Part shown: piece after piece, positions 1 to 10,600 of the stretch | How the letters are laid out: every line of letters begins with the position of its first letter | Numbering within the stretch: position 1 is the stretch's first letter | Program-made: the position numbers and the translations under genes | Origin: a virus | Taxonomy: Duplodnaviria > Caudoviricetes | DNA: 58,998 nucleotides | IMG/VR virus record: IMGVR_UViG_3300034682_000453 | Location: 1-58,998 of that record | Direction: 5' to 3' (one strand) | The notes under the pieces: generated by a model | Database searches by the model: none | Told to the model about the DNA's origin: nothing | What the model saw: only the letters and a program-made list of their open reading frames with translations

Positions 1-192
1 CTAACCATCAAACTTGGATAGGATCGCCACAGCAGATGAACAATCAGAGTGGGCACTTTCTAATGCATCACCCTGCAACTCTGATGATACTTCGCCAGAA
101 CTGATCCATAAAAGACCAATCATTATTTTAGCCCTTGAAATGGCACAACGTAACGACTCAAACTCAGAAGCAGAGATCTCGATTTTATTCAT
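1..192 (-). CDS. Hypothetical protein (~63 aa)
   Basis: ORF 1..201, likely ATG at 192; divergent from the XRE gene; no recognisable motif. Confidence 0.5.
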   Translation of the reverse strand: MNKIEISASEFESLRCAISRAKIMIGLLWISSGEVSSELQGDALESAHSDCSSAVAILSKFDG

Positions 193-340
193 AATTAACA
201 ATCCGTTATAAACCAGTTTATATATTGCTCAAGGCTAAGTTAACGAAACTTTTCAACCAGAGATATACAGAAAACATATACTTCATCCATGTTTGGAATT
301 ATCCACAGAAAAACAGCAAAAAAATAAATACAGCACGGCC

Positions 341-748
341 ATGTATCGGAACGAGACCATGACCAAACGGAAAATAAAGAAATACCTTACGCCTGTCTCA
401 TTGGACTATGTGATCGCGTGTAAGTTGAAATTAGCTGGAATTCTTGAGGATAGAGGCTGGAACAAAGAAACGTTGAGTTACGCCACCGGAATACCTCAAT
501 CAACACTATCGCGCTGGCTTGACCCAGATAGACATGACTTTATGGGGCTGGCTGATTCTGCAGTAATAGCTGACTGCATTGGAATTACAGTAAGGGAGAT
601 GCTGGCAGACCCTATGTGGCGGGATCTTAATCCAAATGATGAGCGATACATGTTTATTAGGCCGCTAATGGAAGCACCAATTGCTCATGTTAGAGTTTTG
701 ACTGAGTTCTATTGGAGATTCAAAGATCTATTTGATAAGGCCAGTTAG
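341..748 (+). CDS. XRE/Cro-C1-type helix-turn-helix regulator
   Basis: HTH-like segment LEDRGWNKETLSYATGIPQSTLSRWL; start uncertain (TTG 293, ATG 341 or ATG 359). Confidence 0.7.
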   Translation: MYRNETMTKRKIKKYLTPVSLDYVIACKLKLAGILEDRGWNKETLSYATGIPQSTLSRWLDPDRHDFMGLADSAVIADCIGITVREMLADPMWRDLNPNDERYMFIRPLMEAPIAHVRVLTEFYWRFKDLFDKAS

Positions 749-855
749 TAAATAGCACTGCGAGATACCAGAATAGTATCGGAAAAGGCTTCATTCCATA
801 GTTTGGGGATTTTTTATTTTTCACGCAGCGTGAACAAAATAACTCAAAGTGAATG

Positions 856-881
856 CTTTCCTAATCATTTGATTAGGAAAG
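856..881. promoter_or_regulatory. Perfect 12-bp-arm palindrome, candidate operator
   Basis: CTTTCCTAATCA-TT-TGATTAGGAAAG in AT-rich intergenic DNA downstream of the XRE gene. Confidence 0.5.
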
Positions 882-1152
882 TAGTGATTTAAAGTTAATG
901 ACATAATTAACTACTTACTTATCAATCCATTATGACTTTCATTTGTGCAAAATGTATCATCATAAAACAATGAAAGTTACTGCTTACATGGTGGTATATA
1001 AGCAATCTTTGTCGCAATTAACTATCCCAGCGGGATAATTAAAGAGTTAGTGCGACAAGGGTGCGATACGAAAGGATTTTAACAAACCATTTGATCAAGT
1101 TTTTGCGTTGTGACAAGATTTGTTTCGAGCTGTGATTTTATGCCGCTTGGGC

Positions 1153-1193
1153 GGTGCTGACAGGCCTAGGAAACCGTATGTCAGCACCTTTTT
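1153..1193 (+). terminator. Terminator/attenuator-like hairpin in the leader of the 1216 ORF
   Basis: GGTGCTGACA...TGTCAGCACC followed by TTTTT. Confidence 0.5.
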
Positions 1194-1215
1194 GAAATCT
1201 ATAGATGGAGTCTCT

Positions 1216-1377
1216 ATGAGAGACGTAGCAATTGAGTTTGAACGCGAAGAGTTGGTTATATTCGCGCTAGCAATTAATGCAACATTATGCCCAAAAACTG
1301 ACAGCGATCAAGAAAATGTGGAGCACGTTACTGCAATGCATTCACTGCTCGATCGACTGATAAAACCGCTTAGTTAA
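1216..1377 (+). CDS. Small hypothetical protein (53 aa)
   Basis: GGAG upstream of ATG 1216; MRDVAIEFEREELVIFALAINATL...; followed by a terminator. Confidence 0.55.
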   Translation: MRDVAIEFEREELVIFALAINATLCPKTDSDQENVEHVTAMHSLLDRLIKPLS

Positions 1378-1387
1378 ATTGATAACC

Positions 1388-1411
1388 AGCCCTCACATTG
1401 AGGGCTTTTTA
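1388..1411. terminator. Intrinsic terminator between convergent genes
   Basis: AGCCCTCA-CAT-TGAGGGCT then TTTT. Confidence 0.7.
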
Positions 1412-1624
1412 ATTGAATATTCCAATTAGAATTGTCCCCACAATGCAGATAATCATTATTGGGCCCATGATTTCCATAAAACTATCGGCGCTAACTTTTC
1501 CGTTACTCAGCAATAAAACCGCAATAATGAAAAACGGGATACCTAGCGCAAAATGTTTTGTTGCAGCAGCCGATCCAATGATCAGCATTAATATTCCAAT
1601 AACATCACGCATAAATAACCCCAC
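1409..1624 (-). CDS. Small multi-pass membrane protein (67-71 aa)
   Basis: Almost entirely hydrophobic with about three TM segments; directly downstream of the giant gene. Confidence 0.6.
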   Translation of the reverse strand: MGLFMRDVIGILMLIIGSAAATKHFALGIPFFIIAVLLLSNGKVSADSFMEIMGPIMIICIVGTILIGIFN

Positions 1625-1664
1625 GCTATTTGTATGTGGCTAATTATACATCACTTGCTGTGCG

Positions 1665-4600
1665 TCATTCGAATCGCTGAATAAGTTGTGCCGCAAAATC
1701 GTTACGACGTTTCAATAACCTATCAAGTCTGTCTCGTTTCTGTTCAGAGTTAAGCAACTTGTCACGCTGGATGAGTGACATTTCATTGCGCAAGGCACGG
1801 AACTGGAGTTGCGCTTTGTTTAGTGTCTTCCGCCCTGCCAGCTTGGTCTTGTTTTCCTCAAGCAAGGCACTGGCTTCATCAATTCGTCCTTCTTTGCGGT
1901 ATTGAAGAATGGTGTCATAAACCTGATTAGCCTCATCAACCATCCGGTAAAAGTCCTGCATAGCCTGGGTTGATTTAGCAGGCGCGGATCCTTGGTAGAC
2001 TGATTTTAAGATAGGTATTTGATCTGCACGCAATGCCGGACTGGCACCATAATCACCCATCATTCTCACCAAGCTATCACCCATAGCCATGACATATCCA
2101 CCCATAGTTCCGGTGTATCCAGACACAATGTGCTCAAGTTTTTTAGGGCTCATGCCAGTTAACTCGCCTAACTCACGCATCATTAAACTGGTTCGTTCAT
2201 CATAACGAGCTTCTGGGTTTACATTCATGTCGCTCATGCTTTCGATCGGACCACCACGGAACGGATCATAATTGAAATATGCCTCTGTCAGTGGTTTTAC
2301 AACTTGTGGGATTGGGTTTATAGCGAAGGTTTCCAGCATATTCCTTGCGACCACTTTGCCAAACTTTCCAGCAGTGTCCTTGCCTCCCATTGTCCGAGCC
2401 ATACGCTCTGGCAGAGTCCCAAACATCAATCCAATTTCAAACGGTTTTGGAATGCGTAAGTGTTGATCACCTAGCCAGAAGTGCCAATTCAGATCTTTAT
2501 CCCAATCAGGTAAATCTTCATACCGTTCATCGTCCCAATTCAATGCCAGCAGTGCAAGTGATGCCCCGGCTATCATGCCGCCACGTTTAGCTATCTGTTT
2601 TGGATTGGCTTTGATGGCACGACCTAGCTTGCCTAAACCCTGCATGCGAGCGTTAAAGAATGGCAAAACATCGACGAACACCTGCATAAGTTTTGATGCG
2701 CCCATCATAGAGAAATCCATCAAGTCTTTTGCTTCAAATGCGGCTTGAGCATGGGTCTTACCAGCCTTAATTGCAGCCTCATAAACCGCCTCACGGGATC
2801 CGTTTTCTACGGCCTCTCCGACCCGCTCGTATTTCTCCCAGTATTTACCAATAGCATCCATGGCTTGTTTGCCATTACGAACGATGGTTTTTTCGTATCG
2901 GTCAACCTGTTCTGGCGACATACCTTTACGGCGTAATGCCTTGCGGACGGCAGAGGCCATGGCTTCCGGGTCATTCCCGCGTAGGTTACCACCCATGAAG
3001 GAAGCGCCAGAGAACATCATGTCGATTGAGCTATCGTCCATTTTCCATGCTTTTTTCATTCCGCGAATTGAGTCAATCATCGGTTTGAATCCATCTTCAT
3101 TGATCGCCCAGGTGCTCGCAGCATCACGCAGAAAGTTTCTCAACATGAAATCAGGACTCGCTGTAACGCCGGCGGTAAGAATGTGTTTTGCTTTCATAGC
3201 CAGCCGGCGAACGGCACCACGCTCCACTTTTTGGTCAATCATGGTCATGGCATTGAATAGATCTTTGTCGTTAACGCGGATCAGATAGTCTTCACCCTCT
3301 AGCTTCACAATCATCATGTCATTTTGGTTTTTAACTGCTGCCTTTATATCCATCAGATTTGGCTTTGTGAGCACCTCGATTAAGTCCGTTTCAGCCAAGT
3401 TATGAACAACTTTCTGTGCAGCCATATTCTTCATAGCTGCATCAATTGTCTTACTGGTGGTGGTGAAAATGTTCTGCAGTATGTCGTTTACATTAGCGGT
3501 ACCACCTTTTAGCTTTTTAATACCAGCAGTCTGATTGGCTATACCCTTGTGCTTATATGGCCCAGTAACATCGCCATCTTCGGTTTCACGGAAAAATGGG
3601 ACGTACCATTCGCTATCCCATGCGGACCGTTCTTCTGCAGTAAACAGACCGGCCTCTTCGGCTAGATCTAATACTGCTTTATTGAGCGCATTCCATTTTT
3701 TGCGAGCAGATTCAAACTTAATTTCCTTTCCATTTCCCTTGGCTTTTAACGCAGCAATATCTTCTTGTGTAAGTAGATTTTCACGCCCCTCAGCTAATAA
3801 AATTTCTCCACGATGCCCAGCCATCCATCCAAGCCAGTTATGCAGATCTGAACCAAGGCTTTCAAATATTCCCAGCAATGAATCTGCCTCGCCGGTTCCA
3901 TTTTTTCGCTGAATAACGCCATCCTTCCATACTGGCAAGCCATGTAACATCGTGGCATTCATCACCGTGGCAGATCCAGATGCCAATCGTGCGGCAACAT
4001 ACCCAGAATCAGACGCATCAACTTTACCACTGGCATCTTCTGCGTATTTAATTGGTGCCAGCGCATCAAGGATCTGTGTATTGGCTTTTTTGATGGTTTC
4101 ATCAATCCAAGATTTAACTTTTGTGCGGTCAGCTTGTTTTAGCTTATTTATGCGTTCTTTAGTCTTATCGATCACATCTTGTTTTGGGCCAAGACCTAGC
4201 TTATTCATTAACGCATCATCTGCTGGCGATGATCGGCTTAACATTGCATCATTGCGCTTGCGAATATCAGCATCAGTAAGTACACTAAAATTATGACCAC
4301 CCATACTTGAACCTAAGGGCAATTGCAGCCCAGTGCGTAAAGAGTTAAGGTGGTTTTCTTTTATGTATCTGGTCAACCCATCTGATAACCACTGATTGAT
4401 CTGTGCTTCTGGTCGCCCGTGAATACTGGCAATCCGATTAATGTCCAAATATTTACCAGCAACCACTTTCAACTGAATAGCGGATACCACGCTGCGCCCT
4501 GATTTGTCAGCCGCATCAAGCAATACAACTAAACTATCTCCCGGGTGTGTTTTTGAATCGAATACAGAAATTGGGTCATGAAGTAGCTCTGGCAATTTTT

Positions 4601-7600
4601 CAATAACATTCATTGGCACATCATGCTTCACCCCATTGACGGCTTTTCTGATGGTATCCCGACTTATTCTTAGAATAAGATCTGGAGCGCCAACAGCTTT
4701 CAACACTTCTGGCGTACTGCCAATATCGATCATGATCTCGCCACTGCGTTGTGAACGCATTCCTTTTTCTAACTGAGTTCGATAGTTGTCCACATCTTCT
4801 TTATTTGGCTTGAATGGATCAGTTTCGCTGCCATGGCTAAACATTGCATTTTCAGTTTTCGGCGCCAGCACACCATTCTCAATGCCATTCCGCATGTTCT
4901 TGGCGATAGCATGTAATACTTCATCCAAATGTTGCTCAGATTCGTTTTGGCTAATGAAATTCACCTTTTGCAGCGCTGATTTAACCATTCCAACAATACG
5001 CTGCCACATCCTTCCAGCGGGGCCGCTATCAGCTGGTCGATTTTCAGCGTAGTGAGCAAAAGCCTCTTCCATCTGAGTGAACATATCTTTATCAGCGTAG
5101 TTCTTGGTTACAGTGTCAACGGCAGAGCGAATTGCCGGTGATGTTTCATACCCCTTGGCGATAGCATTCATGATCTTCACGTAAGCATCTTCACCAACTA
5201 CATATCGCAACCCATGATGGACTAAGATTTCGTGGCGCATTATTTGTCTTAGTCTCGAAGAGTTTTGAATAGCAGAGGCATTGATCAGGATTGTTTTCGA
5301 GTCAGGAAGGTATGCGGCATTATCCATTTCACCGCTTTGAATTGAATTGGCAAAACCGCGATCAGCTAGCGCTGATTCAAACTCAGTCTGATCTCTTACC
5401 ACTTCGACGTTGATATCCGTTTTGAACTGGCGTAGCCACTGCTTTGCAACCATCGCCGCTTCTGGCTTCGTCATCCCATTGCCAGATTCTTCATCTTTAT
5501 TTTTCTCAAAAGACGATTTTGAGAATAAAGCTACATTTCCATTTCCTTCCGTTTTGTAGTCGATTACTGAAAAAAATCTGTCAAATGCGCCTCTGATAGC
5601 CGGTATCTCACCCGCTGTTGGATACGGATAACTGCTATCTAATTCAAATCCAAGGCTTTCGGCGGCAGACCATGTTTCATTGGAAACAATATTTGCTAGA
5701 TAGTCATTAGATGCATTCTGATCTTGCAGCTTTGAAATAAGATATGACTCAAACGCCCTTGCTGACATCTCCTCTTTTGTTGTCCAATAGTCCTTGCTTC
5801 GCTTCGCATCCAACTTACTTGATCTAGCTTTTATAGCTGTATTTTCAATTGCGCCAACAACAGCGCCGAACGAATCAACCATCTCTTTGCGCACAGCTCC
5901 AGAGTAGAAATAATCACTTCCTCTTGCTGATAGCGAGACATCCCGCGCAGTCGTTAACATCCCATCTTGGTTGCGCATTCTTGAAAAATAATTATCTAGC
6001 GCATGCCACCACTCATGTCCAAGCGAACCAGCTCCGCTTTTTTTTGTAAGATTGATAACCACATTTCCTGGTTCATAATGAGCGGCTGCAGCTCCTATAC
6101 CGCCAGCTCCCCTAGCTCCAAATGCAATACCAAGCTGGCCATTAAGCGATAATGCTTTTGGTGGAACACCAATAATCGCAGCCAAATCCATTAACGCATC
6201 ATAGGCTCTATTCAGATCGCTCTGCCGGCGGTCCTGTTCAACCCAATTACCAAACTCAACACCTCTGAACCCAAAAGTACCCGCGAACATGTCAGTCGTA
6301 ACATCCTCACCACCGCGCATATCCTCACCAACTCGTGGATTATTGGAGTCTTTGCGCTCGTTAGGTATTTTCTTGAATTGTTCAAGCTTGTCGGTTAACT
6401 CATTTTGATTCTCATCTTTGTAGGCCCTAGCTTCTTTTATTGTTTTAAATGGCCCAGACAGAAGTGCTGGATTGCGTCCTATTTTTTTACCAACATAGAA
6501 CCCAGCCCCATCACTCTTACTAAAAATCTCAAACGTGGTTTCTTTAGGTTGGACCTTGCCAATATCCGGCTTCACCTCATACATCTTTTTAAATTGATCA
6601 ATTGCCTGCTCTTTGGTTTCAGCCGAGGCTATCATCATAGGCCAACTACCAAATGATTTTGATTTTGCTGTCCGCTGAACAGACCAAATTGTTTTTGGAG
6701 GGTTAAATTTCTCCCCATAAAATATGCTGTACTGACCCTGTTCAACAGTGAGATCACCAAGCGAGTTTTTATGACCAACCGCATGATACAAGTCTGCCTT
6801 TCCTAGCAACCCGTCCATATACCGACCACGAATTCCGACAGATGAAATCTTATCTTTTAGCGATAATGGTGAAATATTGCCTTCTGCAATTTGAACGGAT
6901 AAATCGCGTAATACTGTTACTTGTTTTGCCCAAGATGACAGCTTGCTAGGTGTTTTTGGTTTTGCTGGAATGGATTCTCTAGCTGATCGGATAAATGAAA
7001 CTGCCCAACCATCCATTCCATTATCAAGCAGATTTCTGTAATTAGGTTCTGGCCACGCCTTTGAAAGTGGAAGCGCCTCCACCTCTTCGGATGTATTACC
7101 GTTCATGCCATCCTTTATGGATTGCCAAACATCCTTTCTGGCCCCGCCAATCTTCTCACCAAAGTCGGATATTTTTCCCTTTTCAGTAGATGTTGCCTTT
7201 CTGGTGGTTGCTAGCTGATTGGTTAATGCATTGTCGCTTCCGATTCGTCCAGGCTCCACAACTGAAGCTTCCGCATTATTGGTGTCTGTGATGGCGGAAT
7301 TAGCATTTCCACTTTGCTCTCCTGTGACGAGTTCACCAACTGTTGCGCCTCCTCCTGTGTTATTACTTGCTGTGACATCGCTTGTTCCAGGAACAGTAGA
7401 AAGCTGTCCATTACTGGTGACATTGCCGGTCTCCTGTTGCTTTGATATGAAGTCTTTAACCGCTGGCACCGAACCTTTACCAACCACAACGCCGGTCTTT
7501 GATTTGATGGCCGTAATGTCGTTATCTTTGGCCCATGCCTTTAATGCAATGGGGTCACCCTCAAGAATCATGGTTCCGTCAAGTTTGTCCTTGAATCCTG

Positions 7601-10600
7601 TCCATGGAAGTTCTTGTTTGGTGGCAACAACAAGTGCTTCCTCCTGCAACGCCACCGGAGCGCTGTTTTCTACTCCCCGATCGCCATTCGATACAACCGC
7701 AACACTATCTTGACCGACAAGCTGATCTTGCTCGTTGTTTGGCATTAGCGCGGTGCTGGTATCTACTTTTGAACTTGGGAATTCATGTAACAGAGGGATT
7801 AATTCCTTAGCTGGCGCATTCAGCCTGATAGCACGAACATCACTGCTAGAATCACGCTTAGCAATCCATTGATGATGACCATCGATAACATAGCCATCAC
7901 TGGAAACCAGAACGGCACGATCACTGTCGGCCTGCTTTGCAGATTCAACCTTATTAGATGAAAACTCTGCTTGTGTTGGTTTCAATTCAGTAGATGGAAT
8001 TGTCTCTTCTTGATGCGAAACACCTCGTGCATTGAGAAAATTGACCATAGCACCACGGTCTGCAGTTTTGATCTGTGGCATTTCTGAACGAGGGATTTTT
8101 AATGAACCTGATTTATCAGAGAAAGATACCCATTCATCATCAATATTAGAGCCACGATACACATGCTCATCCCTTGCTATTGCTTGACCGTTGCTTGACT
8201 CGTTGACGTTAATATCTGGCTGATTTTGAGCAACAACTTGTGGTGAGGCATTTTGCGTAGTGGCTTCTGGTGACTGAGAATCAATACTGTTTTTTGCAAT
8301 TATATCCTTAACGATTGGGGTCGATTTCTTGCCAACAATGACACCAGATTTAGATTTTATGGTAAGCACATTATTGGCTTTAGCCCACTCACTTAACTGG
8401 GCTCTATCACCCTCAAGAAGCATCGTACCATCTGGCTTTTCCTTGTAACCAGTCCATGGAAGTTCTGGCTTGGCTTCTGTTGCAGGCTTTTGAGTTGCAT
8501 CAGCTTCATGGCTTAGCTTGGCTTCTGTCTGATCTGCAATTGGTTGGGCAGCGATTACCGGTTTACCTAACTGTGAGATAGCATCATCTGGATTGTATTT
8601 GCCTGCATTATTGATGTTTACGCGATTTCCGCGCTCATACAATTCAATGGTGCTAGCAGTTCTATCACTTCCAGAACGTTCACCGCGCATTCGAGAAACA
8701 GCTTCATTGATATAGTCACCAGCAACAGAGCGGTCTTTATGTGCTTTTGCCACCTCAATTGATCGCTGAATGACGGCATCTGCCTGCTTAGATGTTAATA
8801 ACCCATCATTTACAGCCTTTTGAAGTCCACCATATGCTTGCTCATTGTCATCTCTTGACGCATCAACTATCGCATTATCACTTGCAGCTTCATTTTGCTT
8901 GACCGTTGTTTGACTGACAGGCTGCTCGTTGACGTTAATATCTTGCTGATTTTGAGCGACATCCTGATTTGACGTTAATTCGTTAACATCAACAAGATCA
9001 GCGGCTTGATTGATGTCGGCGACATTTGTGTCGTTAACATCTGCTTGCGGTGTGGCGATCAGTTGTTGATTCTGGCTTGCCTGTACTTGCTCCAGCTCGG
9101 TCTTATCCACTACCCCAAATCCGCCGGTTGGTAACGCAATCGGTGTTTCAGTTTTTCGGCTGGCCAGCTGCGCTTCTTTTTCCGACCCGAATGGTTTTCC
9201 CCGCTTAGTAACACGTATGGTTTTTAACTGATCAAAGATAGATGCAGATTCTGAACCTGCCCGCTCTATTGATTGCGCTACCAGTGAGCGAGGGTCTCGC
9301 GTTGATTCTGCATCGAGTGATTTATCCGCTGTGGCTCTTGCTTTGGTAACCGGTGGAACATAGTTGTCATTAACACCGTTGCCAGGTTGTCCAGGCATGT
9401 TGATTTGGTTTTTGTAATCTAACCCGCGGGACTCTGGAATGATTTCATTCGATTGACCATCAATAGTCGTGCCCGACTGCTCAGTAGTCGCAGGAACACC
9501 TGCGGGCTCACTGGCAAGCAACAGATCACCCGTAACTCCCGATTCTTGCGGCGTTTTTCCTTGGTTACCTTGCTGTATAGACTGCTGAATTAGATCTTCT
9601 GCAGTTGGTGCACCACCTGCTGCCAGTGCTGATTGTGCTTCGGTATATGGATTAGCATCTTGTAATGCGGATGTGTCTCGACCAGTTGGATTGTTTTGTT
9701 GTGTCCTAAGAAATGCCGGATCATCAGGGTTGCCAGTAACTGATTTTTCAATGGGCGCTAATACACCATTTTCTTCTGCAGCCATGTTTTGCTTAAATTG
9801 CTGCTGATTATTTTGCGCCTGCTGTGTCGCAGCTTGCAGCTCTGGGCTTATGTCACCTTGTCGCTGATATGCCGGGATGCTGAGCGAATCGTCGGTTGGT
9901 TGAGAGTTATTTGCTGCATCTTCCGGACTTGATTCTGCTGCACTTTGCAGATCAGGCGAAAAATCACCAGTCTGTTCAGCTCCGTCACTGGTCTGCGTAG
10001 GATTGTTTGAACCATGAACAACTGAACTACCCGCACCAATACCACCACCAGACATAACACCAAGAAACCCAGCTTCTGCTGCTGATTGCTTAACGCCTTG
10101 CATTGGATCAATGTTTGTCCCAGCAATAGCATTATCACTGCGATTCTGAATGTTTTGTTGTGCACCCTCCTCTGCCGCTTCGCCAACGCCCTCACCCAGT
10201 CCACCTTTAGCAAAACCTTTCCCTGCTCTGGAGAGTAGATTGCCCGTCACTGCAGACGCACCAGCCTTACCGGTTATCATCTTGAACAACATCGCATCGC
10301 CGAGCACGGTCCCAGCGGCGGCAGCAGCATATGTTGTTGGGTCAGACTTCGCGTAGTCAGCGGCCATATCTGCAGTTCGCTGACGAGCTAAATCAAGACG
10401 ATCGGAAGATGACAATGATTGATATTGAGGATCTTGATTAACAAGCTGAACGTTTTGCTTGAATGAGTCACTATTCATTAACTCTTCAAAGCTGAGTGAT
10501 TTAACCGACTCTCTGGTTTGATCTGCTGTTTGTCCAACTGACATTGCTGCACCAGTTGAAAATGCCGCCTTCTCGCCAATACGCTGTGCTGTTAACTCAG

